From: an uncultured Candidatus Saccharibacteria bacterium
GTDB taxonomy: Bacteria > Patescibacteriota > Minisyncoccia > Minisyncoccales > UBA10102
Length of the DNA stretch: 64,000 nt
Direction of reading: 5' to 3'
Assembly: GCA_964359655.1 (NCBI GenBank)
Contig: CAYHVI010000002.1
Span: 176 to 64,175, forward strand
The position numbers and the translations under genes are program-made. This document shows positions 7,869-16,381 of the stretch, piece by piece. Positions within the stretch are counted from its first letter, which is position 1. Each line of letters begins with the position of its first letter. A model generated the notes under the pieces. That model was not told the origin of the DNA and did no database searches. It was given only the letters and a program-made list of their open reading frames with translations.

Positions 7869-10487
7869 TTAGTGCTCAAGCTCTTTTTTGCGATCGCGTT
7901 GGATAAAAATCCATTTTCCAAGCTCGATTAAGAATATGTTTATTATTCCAAGAATAGCCAAAACAGTCCAGTCAAAAAGCGAAAGGGGTTCGGTGTGAAA
8001 AAGTTCTTGCAGCAAGGGAGCGTAGATAACTGCGTTTAAAAGAGCCAGGCCGATGAGTACACTTCCCACCAACCAAAGATTTGAAAAAGGGTTGTATTGC
8101 CATATATTCTGGCGAAGGCTTTTGCAGGAAAAAACGTACAGAAGAGAATTAAGTCCCAAGCCAACAAATATAATGGTTTGGATGTGTTCTTTCGTGTAAG
8201 AACTGGTCGAAAAGAGCCACACAAAAAGAGCGAGTAAAAGAAGATCGGTGATAATGCCGATGACAAAAATAATTGTTTTCATTTTGTTCGTGAGCAAAGG
8301 AGCGTTTGGTTTGGGAGGCTTTCTGCGCATTACGTCTTTCTCTGCTTTTTCTAAAGTGAGGGCAATACTTGGCAGAGTGTCTTCCACAAGGTTAATCCAA
8401 AGAATCTGAAGCGCGGTAACAGGCAGAAAAGGAGCTCCTATCAAAAGACTGCTTGAAATAAGAATTGTTTCTGAAAAGGAGCCAGACAACATGTATGTGA
8501 TGACTTTTCTGATATTGTCGAGAATAACTCGTCCTTCACGAATGGCAGCAGGAATAATGGCGAAATTGTCTTTGAGCAGCACAAGATCTGAAATTTCTTT
8601 TGCAATGTCGGTGCCAGAGCCTAATGCCAGTCCAATGTCTGCTTTTTTCAAAGCCGGAGCATCGTTTACGCCATCTCCGGTCATGGCAATCACCGCGCCC
8701 TGCGCCTGCCACGCCTCGATAATCCGAAGTTTATGCTTCGCTTCCACTCTGGCAAAAACAGAAATATGGGGCAGAATTTTGGAAAATTCTTTTTCAGAGA
8801 GAGCATCCAAATGCCGTCCTTCCAGCACATTGTTTGGGTTTGTTGGCAGCCCCACCTCTTTTGCCACTCCTTTGGCCGTGAGGGCGTGGTCACCTGTCAC
8901 GATCACGGTTTTTATGCCCGCCACTTTCGCAGCGGAAATTGCCTCCTTTACGCCTTCCCTGACAGGATCTCTCAAGGCGATAAATCCAAGACACTGAAGT
9001 TCTTTGATCTGGGTTAAAAGAGAAGAAAGATGTTCAGTTTCGATATTTTTCTGAGCCGCGCACACCACCCGTAATCCCCTTTCGGCAAGTTCTGAGAGTT
9101 TGTTGTGCGCTTCTCTTTTTTCGTTTAAAGAAAGAAGAGACAAATGTAAGATTACTTCAGGCGCTCCTGAAATATAGAGTTTAATGCCTTCTGTTGTTTT
9201 GTGAAAACTCGCAATATATTTGGCGCGAGAATCAAAAGGAATGCGCAAGACGAGGGGAAGAATGCGCTCTAATTTTGCTTTTGTAAATCCAGCTTCCATG
9301 CCAGCTCGCGTCAAGGCGCGATCAGTGGGGCGGCCTCTCACGATTTGTTCTTCCAGTACGGCTTCGGGATTTTCAATAAATGCTTCATTCGCAAGCGTTA
9401 AGGCGCAAAGGAGTTGTTCCCGATCAGCCGGCGTGAGAGGGACAATATCCTCCACTTCCATGTTTCCTTCGGTGAGGGTGAGAGTTTTATCGGTGGCGAT
9501 AACCGTAGTGCTTCCGAGGGTTTCGGCGGCCGGTAAGCTGCGTACCAATCCCCCTTCTTTTAAAATCTTCTGCATACCCAAGGCAAGTACAATGGTCATT
9601 GCTATAGGCAAGCCTTCCGGAATGGCAGACACAGCAATGGCAACTCCAAGCTGAAACATTTCAAAGACTCCGGCGCCCGTGAGGGTTCCCTGAACAAAAA
9701 TAAGAAAAGCAAGCGCAACAATAAGGATGCCAATAATCGAAGAGAAACGGGTGAGCTTTTTTTGGTAGGGTGTTTCACCTTCTTTAATATCTTTAATAAG
9801 CGTGCTGATTTTTCCAAGCTCGCAATGAATGCCAGTGCTGCATACAAGAGCTTTTCCTTTTCCGCTTTCCACGACGCTGCCCATATAGACCATATTGTCT
9901 CGATCTGCAAGCGGCGTTGTTTTTTTAAGAACTCCGGTTCTTTTGGAAGCTGCCAGCCACTCTCCTGTCAAGACAGCTTCAGTAACCTCAAGATTCCAGC
10001 AGTCAAACAATCTGGCATCTGCAGGAATTTTGTCTCCGGGATTCAGTAAAATCACGTCGCCTGGCACAAGGTCTGTCTGGAGGATTTCTTTTTTGTGACC
10101 TGAACGGATGACCGTGGCTTTAGGATGTAAAATCTGCTTGAGTTTTGCCAAAGCATTGGCGGCACGATTTTCATGCACATATCCTATTAAGGTATTAATG
10201 AATACAGTGCTAAGTATGACAATGCTGTCGGTATATTCTTGAAAAAAAAGGGCGCCAAAGCCCGCCACTACCAAAATAAAGATAAGGGGGTTTTTGAACT
10301 GTTTGAGAAAGAGAATAAGTTTGGAAGGCGGTTTTTCTTCCGGAAGTTTGTTTGGTCCAAAAAACTCTCGATGGTAAGCAATCGCTTTTTCAGAGAGTCC
10401 GTTTTCGAGATTTGTTCTGAGCAAATTGGCAGTTTCTGTCAGAGTTAAGCTGTGCCAATTCGCTTGGAGAATTTCATGCAAAGACAT
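7869..10487 (-). CDS. P-type cation-transporting ATPase (Ca2+/P2-like)
   Basis: 872 aa with a TGE actuator motif (LTGEW), phosphorylation-site region ATDKTLTLT, hinge MTGDGVNDAPALKKADIG and PEGLP in M4. Confidence 0.88.
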   Translation of the reverse strand: MSLHEILQANWHSLTLTETANLLRTNLENGLSEKAIAYHREFFGPNKLPEEKPPSKLILFLKQFKNPLIFILVVAGFGALFFQEYTDSIVILSTVFINTLIGYVHENRAANALAKLKQILHPKATVIRSGHKKEILQTDLVPGDVILLNPGDKIPADARLFDCWNLEVTEAVLTGEWLAASKRTGVLKKTTPLADRDNMVYMGSVVESGKGKALVCSTGIHCELGKISTLIKDIKEGETPYQKKLTRFSSIIGILIVALAFLIFVQGTLTGAGVFEMFQLGVAIAVSAIPEGLPIAMTIVLALGMQKILKEGGLVRSLPAAETLGSTTVIATDKTLTLTEGNMEVEDIVPLTPADREQLLCALTLANEAFIENPEAVLEEQIVRGRPTDRALTRAGMEAGFTKAKLERILPLVLRIPFDSRAKYIASFHKTTEGIKLYISGAPEVILHLSLLSLNEKREAHNKLSELAERGLRVVCAAQKNIETEHLSSLLTQIKELQCLGFIALRDPVREGVKEAISAAKVAGIKTVIVTGDHALTAKGVAKEVGLPTNPNNVLEGRHLDALSEKEFSKILPHISVFARVEAKHKLRIIEAWQAQGAVIAMTGDGVNDAPALKKADIGLALGSGTDIAKEISDLVLLKDNFAIIPAAIREGRVILDNIRKVITYMLSGSFSETILISSSLLIGAPFLPVTALQILWINLVEDTLPSIALTLEKAEKDVMRRKPPKPNAPLLTNKMKTIIFVIGIITDLLLLALFVWLFSTSSYTKEHIQTIIFVGLGLNSLLYVFSCKSLRQNIWQYNPFSNLWLVGSVLIGLALLNAVIYAPLLQELFHTEPLSLFDWTVLAILGIINIFLIELGKWIFIQRDRKKELEH

Positions 10488-10535
10488 TCTGCCATTATAA
10501 ACCGAATCTCCAAAATAAAAAATCCTCTTTTGCGG

Positions 10536-10610
10536 CGCCCTTATGGGGATTCGAACCCCAGTTACCAGGATGAGAACCTGGCGTCCTGGACCAGGCTAGA
10601 CGATAAGGGC
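10536..10610 (-). tRNA. tRNA-Glu (anticodon CUC)
   Basis: Hand-folded cloverleaf: GCCCTTA/TAAGGGC acceptor, anticodon arm CCAGG-TTCTCAT-CCTGG, T arm TGGGG-TTCGAAT-CCCCA. No encoded CCA. Confidence 0.88.
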
Positions 10611-10705
10611 TCAAAAACAACTGCTTGTTTTGGGGGACGATTTAGGCGAGCCTCCGTGCGAGCCGTTAAAAATCGTCCAGGGCTAGGATATCATATTTTT
10701 CTCTT

Positions 10706-12376
10706 CTATTCAACCTCGTAGTCAGGAGGGATTTGGTAGTAGTCAATAATATACTTGGCAAGGTCGCGGAAGATGGGGACGGCAGAATATTCCGCGGTCT
10801 TGGTGGCGGGATTGTCGAGCTTCACCAAAATGAGAAACTCAGGGTCGAAAGCCGGCGCATAACCAACAAAAGACTGAATGGTTTTATCAGAGTATCCGGA
10901 CTTTGCCACGCCTAAAGCAGACCAGGAAATTTGTGCGGTGCCGGTTTTGCCTGCAACATGATACCCTGGAATTTGTGCGGTTTTCGCGAACCCTGACTGC
11001 ACGACGCTCGTGAGCATTTGGGTAATCTGGGAAGCTGTTCTTTTACTTATGACTTGCGCTTGTTTTTTTTCGCTTTGATTCCCCTCAACAATAAAAGGGT
11101 GAGCCAGCACTCCATTGTTGGCGATTGCAGAAAATGCTTTGAGGAGTTGCAGAGGCGTCATTTCGATCCCTTGGCCAAAGGAGGCAGTGGCAAAGTTTAT
11201 CTCATATCCTTTTTTGAATTCTGCGTTTTGGGAAAATATTTCGCCCGCAAGATCAATATTCGTTGGTTTAAAAATGCCAAATTTTTCTAAATATTCAAGA
11301 AACTTTTGGTGGCCAAGTTTACGCTCCGCAAACACAGCCCCCGTGTTGATGGAATACTCCAAAACTTCAGTCATTGTTCTTTTGCCCCAGACTCTTTGAT
11401 CGTAATTGGTGATTTTTCTTCCGCCAATTTGCGCGCTTCCTTCATCTTGGTACGTGGTCTGTGGGGTTACGGCTTCTTGATCTAAAGCCGATGCCATGGT
11501 TAAAGCTTTAAAAACAGAGCCCGGCTCAAAAATCTTTTGAATTGCAGGATTTTGGAATACTCCAATATCTGTCACCTTGGAATATGAATTGGGGTCGAAC
11601 GTAGGATTGTTGGCAAGAGCGAGGATCTTGCCCGACGAAGGGTCCATGACAATAATAGTGCCCCCCTCAATGCCAAGATTCACTTTTGCTTTTTCCAAGA
11701 GCGATTCTGCAACCTGCTGAATATTGTAGTCCATGGTCAATATGATATTTTGACCGTCCTGGCTGGCAACAGCAAAGGCAGCCAAAAGATAACTTGCGGG
11801 ATTTTTTGCTCCAGTCTTTATTCCTTCTTTCCCTTCGAGCAAACTGTTATAGTGTTCTTCTGCGCCGTATTGGCCATTGCCGTCTTGATTGGTAAAACCG
11901 ACAACATGCGCAGCAAGAGTGGCTTGAGGGTATGAACGCACCTGTTCTTGTCCCACATACACGCCTGCAAGAGCAAACTCTTGAATTTGCTGCACTTGGA
12001 CTTCTGAAATACGTTTTTTTAAAACCTCAAAGAGACTGTTTTCGTTTTGGAGTTTGGAAAGAATTACGTTTGGCTCGAGCTGCAGAATTTTTGCAAGCGC
12101 GAATGCTGTTTCTTCACGATTTTTCACTTCTGCCGGAGAAACAAAAGCAAAAGGAACTTTCTGGTTGGAAGCCAAGATGAAAAAGTTGCCATTTTTGTCC
12201 TGCACAAAGAGGGTGCCTCTTTCCCCTTTTGTAAAAGTGCTTACGTTTTGTTGCCCTTGAGCTAACGCTTTGTAAAAACCCTGGTTTATGATCTGTAAAA
12301 AAACAAGCCGCCCCACAATGATTACGCCAAGTCCAAAAAGCAAGAATAATACAAGATTTGCTCTCCAGTGCCTCAT
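10706..12376 (-). CDS. ftsI: Penicillin-binding protein 2 / FtsI-type peptidoglycan transpeptidase
   Basis: N-terminal TM segment plus SxxK (GSVFK), SxN (YSINTG) and KTG (GKTGTA) motifs. Lies in the dcw context after rsmH/ftsL. Confidence 0.9.
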   Translation of the reverse strand: MRHWRANLVLFLLFGLGVIIVGRLVFLQIINQGFYKALAQGQQNVSTFTKGERGTLFVQDKNGNFFILASNQKVPFAFVSPAEVKNREETAFALAKILQLEPNVILSKLQNENSLFEVLKKRISEVQVQQIQEFALAGVYVGQEQVRSYPQATLAAHVVGFTNQDGNGQYGAEEHYNSLLEGKEGIKTGAKNPASYLLAAFAVASQDGQNIILTMDYNIQQVAESLLEKAKVNLGIEGGTIIVMDPSSGKILALANNPTFDPNSYSKVTDIGVFQNPAIQKIFEPGSVFKALTMASALDQEAVTPQTTYQDEGSAQIGGRKITNYDQRVWGKRTMTEVLEYSINTGAVFAERKLGHQKFLEYLEKFGIFKPTNIDLAGEIFSQNAEFKKGYEINFATASFGQGIEMTPLQLLKAFSAIANNGVLAHPFIVEGNQSEKKQAQVISKRTASQITQMLTSVVQSGFAKTAQIPGYHVAGKTGTAQISWSALGVAKSGYSDKTIQSFVGYAPAFDPEFLILVKLDNPATKTAEYSAVPIFRDLAKYIIDYYQIPPDYEVE

Positions 12377-12657
12377 TGATTTTGGGCGACAAGGCCGCTT
12401 GGGAGCCGCAAATACGTAATAGAGGTTATTTTTTCAAAGTTCCGTAGCCTCGCGAGTTCTTGGAGTTGAAGAACAGGCATTGTTTGATATGCTTTGATTT
12501 GGAGTGCCGTATTTTCGTGTTTGAGTTGAGTGAGTTGTTGCTCTATTTCTGCAATGCGCCAGGCCGATGTGGTAAGAGAATTGAGTTGAAAAATATACAA
12601 AAAGATTAAAAATCCGGGAAGAAGCAATCCTAATGATAATGATATTTTTTTTCTCAT
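12373..12657 (-). CDS. FtsL-like cell division protein (small bitopic coiled-coil protein)
   Basis: 94 aa with an N-terminal TM segment plus coiled coil. Sits between rsmH and ftsI. Confidence 0.6.
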   Translation of the reverse strand: MRKKISLSLGLLLPGFLIFLYIFQLNSLTTSAWRIAEIEQQLTQLKHENTALQIKAYQTMPVLQLQELARLRNFEKITSITYLRLPSGLVAQNQ

Positions 12658-12670
12658 AGTTCACTGTCAT

Positions 12671-13555
12671 TCACTGTTTTATCGCCACGCGCAGTTTGGC
12701 AGATCGCGCTCTTGGGTTTTTTCTTATTTCTGCCACAGACGGGGTTATTGGTTTTTTCGTAATTGGTTTGAGCATGGATGCTTGCTTAAAAAATTCTTTT
12801 ACGATTCGATCTTCCAACGAGTGAAATGAGATGACCGCGATTTTTCCCTGTGGGGCAAGTACATCTGCTGCGTCCCTCAAGCCTTGCTTGAGATTTTCTA
12901 ATTCATTGTTCACTGTCAAGCGCAACGCCTGGAATGTTTTGGTCGCTGGGTGAATTTTCTTGCGGTGATACCATTTGGGCGTGGCTTCTTTCACAATCCG
13001 CACTAACTGGGAAGTTTTTTGCAAATGCTTTTGCGCTCTGCTTTCCACAAGGGCTTGCGCAATCTGTTTTGCAAATTGTTCCTCGCCGTATTCTTTCAGA
13101 ATCTCCTCAAGTTGCGCTTTGCTGCTCCAATTGAGGAGTTTTTCTGCGGTAACAGGATTCTGTGGGCTATAGCGCATATTAAGTGGTCCCTCTCTTTGAA
13201 ACGAAAATCCCCTATTCTGACTTTCAATCTGGTCTGAAGAAAAACCAAGATCAAATAAAATGCCTGCAACCGGTTGGAACCTGTTTCTTTGCACAGCTTC
13301 TTTTAGGTGTGCAAAGTTCTCGTTTTCCAAAAGCACGCGCTGCCCGAGTTTCCGTTTCTTGATTTCTTCTTTTAAGGTCTGAATCGTTTCTGGATCCCAG
13401 TCTAAGGCAAGCACCTTTCCTTTGGGGGCAATGCGGTCTGCTAGAACAAATGTATGGCCTCCACCTCCTGCCGTGCAATCTAAAATATTTTCGTTGGGGT
13501 GTGGATCTAGGTATTCAAGAACTTTTTCAGTCAAGACCGGAGTGTGTATAGACAT
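12671..13555 (-). CDS. rsmH: 16S rRNA (cytosine1402-N4)-methyltransferase
   Basis: MSIHTPVLTEKVLEYL..DCTAGGGGH..FDLGFSS..ISFHSLEDRIVK are classic RsmH/MraW motifs. Confidence 0.95.
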   Translation of the reverse strand: MSIHTPVLTEKVLEYLDPHPNENILDCTAGGGGHTFVLADRIAPKGKVLALDWDPETIQTLKEEIKKRKLGQRVLLENENFAHLKEAVQRNRFQPVAGILFDLGFSSDQIESQNRGFSFQREGPLNMRYSPQNPVTAEKLLNWSSKAQLEEILKEYGEEQFAKQIAQALVESRAQKHLQKTSQLVRIVKEATPKWYHRKKIHPATKTFQALRLTVNNELENLKQGLRDAADVLAPQGKIAVISFHSLEDRIVKEFFKQASMLKPITKKPITPSVAEIRKNPRARSAKLRVAIKQ

Positions 13556-13558
13556 TGA

Positions 13559-13990
13559 TTAAATCCCAAGTTCTTTTAATCGTTCAGCCATATCCCCTAC
13601 CTCTTTTTCGATACGTTTCTTGTATGTTTCCCATTTTTGTTCATCCCAAATTTCAATTCGGTTGTACACGCCCGCAACGACAATCTTTTTTTGCAAAGAG
13701 GCATATTCTTTCAAGTAATCTGGCACCAGAATTCTCCCAAGTTTATCTAAGTCTGCTTCCATTGCGCCGGCTAACATTAACCTGGCAAATCCTCGTGCGT
13801 CAGCCTGCGCTAAAGGCAATTTGCTTAACTTATCTGCCAAAATCTCCCATTCTTGATAAGAATATAAAAAGAGACATTGATCTAATCCTCGGGTAACCAC
13901 TGCTTTTTTCCCAAGTATTTGGCGAAATTTGGCAGGGATTGCAAGCCGCTTTTTTTCATCGATCGAATATGTGAATTCTCCAAGGAACAT
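13559..13990 (-). CDS. mraZ: Transcriptional regulator MraZ
   Basis: MFLGEFTYSIDEKKRLAIPAKFR is the MraZ N-terminus. The internal ATG was chosen because the region 13991-14057 carries the operator repeats. Confidence 0.92.
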   Translation of the reverse strand: MFLGEFTYSIDEKKRLAIPAKFRQILGKKAVVTRGLDQCLFLYSYQEWEILADKLSKLPLAQADARGFARLMLAGAMEADLDKLGRILVPDYLKEYASLQKKIVVAGVYNRIEIWDEQKWETYKKRIEKEVGDMAERLKELGI

Positions 13991-14032
13991 AAGAAGGTAT
14001 AAAGAAGTTTTCCACAGAAATCCCGAGTTTTC

Positions 14033-14057
14033 CCCACATTTATCCACAACCTCCCAC
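14033..14057 (-). promoter_or_regulatory. Putative MraZ operator: three GTGGG/GTGGA repeats with 10-bp phasing
   Basis: Minus strand reads GTGGGaggttGTGGAtaaatGTGGG (plus-strand cccac/tccac at 14033, 14043, 14053). Extra copies lie at 14011 and 14074. Confidence 0.65.
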
Positions 14058-14066
14058 CAATCTCTA

Positions 14067-14095
14067 ACTATATCCCACCCTTAACCCCTCGTCAA
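14067..14095 (-). promoter_or_regulatory. Sigma70-type promoter of the mraZ (dcw) operon
   Basis: TTGACG, 17 nt, TATAGT on the minus strand. Confidence 0.6.
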
Positions 14096-14129
14096 CCACT
14101 TAGTTATCCCCAGCAAATCAAAACAAAAA

Positions 14130-14155
14130 ACAGCCCCTCGACAAAGCTCGAGGCT
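14130..14155. terminator. Hairpin terminator after hsdS (T/A tracts on both sides)
   Basis: CAGCCCCTCGAcaaagcTCGAGGCTG flanked by an A-run and a T-run. Confidence 0.7.
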
Positions 14156-14187
14156 GTTTTTTTTGAACAGTTTTATCTTCTAAGTTC

Positions 14188-15549
14188 CTATTTTGCCTGA
14201 TTTTCTATCATTTCCTCAACTTTTCGCTTCGCGGTTTCTAGTAATTCCTTTGCCTTTTTGCGCGACTCGTGAGATTGCCGCACAAGCTCGGCGATTCTCT
14301 GTTGTTTTTCCCTCGGCAAAATTGGAATCAGAACTTTTTTAATATCTTTATAACTAATGTTTGTTTGAACTCCTCCTGTTCCGATTTGCGCTAACTGGTA
14401 ATCTCCTACGATAGAATTTAGCAGAAACATCAGATAGTTTTCGTCAATTTCTTTTGGTTTAAATCTTAATATCCTTTGGTTAATACTACATCTAGGAATA
14501 TCGCTTGGAATTAGAGCTGACATGCCAATAGTTCCTGACATCGACAAAACAATATCGTCTGGTCTCGCAGTGTCCTTTGGCGATAACAAATAATCTCTTT
14601 CTGATAGATATACCGTGTCGCCCAGATCTAAAGACCCTCTTTTAATGTTATTTATCCTGATCAATGGGATACCGTGTTCTTGATAGTTTTCGCTTTTGAA
14701 CGGAAACCCCGTAGAATAATTTGCTACAAAGTTTTCTAGTGGCTTCGAGTTTTGCGATTTGAGTTTTGAGATTAATTTATCGTATTTCAGCTGAAAGTAT
14801 TCGGCGTCCATTCGATTCGCAGATTGAACATCCGAAAGATTCACAACATTATACAGGTCATCATTCAACTCAAAATCCTTGAGTCCTAATTCCTCCAAAA
14901 GCACCCCCTCCGCTTGAGAATACAATGTTTTTGAGTTTTGAAATTCTCGCCACGATCCATTTGATAATTCTGCTATTTTTTCTTGGGCTGACCGCGGAAG
15001 AATTGCTATTTTGATTTGCTTCAATTCCTCTGCATTAACATTCGCTTGATTAACTGCTCGCCTCGCAAATTTTCGTATTTGCTTTAACCCATACGCCGAA
15101 TTCAGAAAAATATTGAGATAATCAGGTAAAATATCTCCATCTAGTTTTGTCTGCATTCTTATCAAATAGGAAGCAAAAACCGATTCTAAATTTTCCAATT
15201 TATAAATACCCGTTCTGCCAACAAATTCTTCTGAATTCACCCTGTTAAATAGCACATCATTTTTCTTCAGCTGAAACTCTTTGAAAATTGTAGTCGGAAT
15301 ATCTGCGAATCGAACCTCGTCATCAAAAAGAAAACTATGGTTTATGTCATTCATCTTGAAAATCGGATATCCTATTTTTTCGTCATTCATTGCTTGAGAT
15401 ATTCCGTATTGGCACAAACTCAAAGCATCACCTATTGGTTGCCATTTCCTTTTGGAGAAATCAATAAAATACTCTGGCTGATAATACTCTGCATCCAGCC
15501 GTAAAGCTCCCTCAAGTTGCGATTTTTGGATTATTGAATAGGTAATCAT
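14188..15549 (-). CDS. hsdS: Type I restriction-modification specificity subunit
   Basis: MITYSIIQKSQLEGALRLDAEYYQPEYF. There are two target-recognition halves, each followed by a conserved helical region (second half AEYFQLKYDKL). Confidence 0.88.
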   Translation of the reverse strand: MITYSIIQKSQLEGALRLDAEYYQPEYFIDFSKRKWQPIGDALSLCQYGISQAMNDEKIGYPIFKMNDINHSFLFDDEVRFADIPTTIFKEFQLKKNDVLFNRVNSEEFVGRTGIYKLENLESVFASYLIRMQTKLDGDILPDYLNIFLNSAYGLKQIRKFARRAVNQANVNAEELKQIKIAILPRSAQEKIAELSNGSWREFQNSKTLYSQAEGVLLEELGLKDFELNDDLYNVVNLSDVQSANRMDAEYFQLKYDKLISKLKSQNSKPLENFVANYSTGFPFKSENYQEHGIPLIRINNIKRGSLDLGDTVYLSERDYLLSPKDTARPDDIVLSMSGTIGMSALIPSDIPRCSINQRILRFKPKEIDENYLMFLLNSIVGDYQLAQIGTGGVQTNISYKDIKKVLIPILPREKQQRIAELVRQSHESRKKAKELLETAKRKVEEMIENQAK

Positions 15550-15550
15550 T

Positions 15551-16381
15551 TCATGCGGATAGAATACTACTGCCGCTACTGCCCTGCTCACAACTGGGGC
15601 ATAGGTTAGAAGAAAGCACAGAAACCGACGTTATATCCTCCTTGTATCGTTTCCCGCACCTCCCACAAATCCTCTCACCCAGACTTGAAAACATGCCAAC
15701 ACCATTACCAATTCCGAGCGAAATAGTTGAGCCTGGTAAACCCGACACTCTAAGTCCTTCGCCGAATACTTGCGGCTGATCCCCCTTTAATTCTTTTACG
15801 CTTTTTTCTAACTCTTTTATTCGATTTTTTAGACGTTCTTTATCTTTATCTTCTCTAGCTTGAAGCAATTCTCTTTTATTCTTCAGGAGTTCCTCGATAT
15901 AAGATTTTAAAACATCTTGATAAATGCTCACTGTTTCTTTAACTTTTCTTAGTGCTGGCTCAATATCAACCCAATCCTCTACTCCCGATCTAATATTAAA
16001 CTCAAGAGCACTAAGGTGTCTGTCTACCTCTTTTAGACTTTCTATTTTGTTTTGTTGCTTAGATTTCTGAAATTCTCTTATCCATCCACGCAACTTTACA
16101 ATTTGCTGATTAATTGCCTCCAAGTTTCTCAGAGCAGATCTTCCCTTCTTTTCCAATAAAGAGTCTCCTCGTATTCGATCCCAATCATCCTTGATAAAAA
16201 TTCCGGCAATACCAGTAAGTATGGAAGCAAAAATCGCCAAAGAATTTGCCAGAGCCTCATCCTTTACGTTAAAAGAACCATACAAACCGAAAGCGGCAAC
16301 CACTATTGGTAAAATCGATCCCGGAAAAAACACAAGACTAAGAAACTCTTTCCATTTTTGAAAAAATCCTTTTTTATCCAT
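15551..16381 (-). CDS. Unknown protein embedded in the RM operon: 2 TM segments, long coiled coil, C-terminal zinc ribbon
   Basis: Start MDKKGFFQKWKEF overlaps the hsdM stop by 8 nt. The stop lies 1 nt before the hsdS ATG. Coiled coil includes ELLKNKRELLQAREDKDKERLKNRIKELEKSVKELK. C-terminus is CGRCGKRY...CPSCEQ. Confidence 0.6.
   Translation of the reverse strand: MDKKGFFQKWKEFLSLVFFPGSILPIVVAAFGLYGSFNVKDEALANSLAIFASILTGIAGIFIKDDWDRIRGDSLLEKKGRSALRNLEAINQQIVKLRGWIREFQKSKQQNKIESLKEVDRHLSALEFNIRSGVEDWVDIEPALRKVKETVSIYQDVLKSYIEELLKNKRELLQAREDKDKERLKNRIKELEKSVKELKGDQPQVFGEGLRVSGLPGSTISLGIGNGVGMFSSLGERICGRCGKRYKEDITSVSVLSSNLCPSCEQGSSGSSILSA

Noticed and set aside
8491-10098. Several 67-168-aa plus-strand ORFs
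   Set aside because: All are antisense to the continuous 872-aa P-type ATPase frame.
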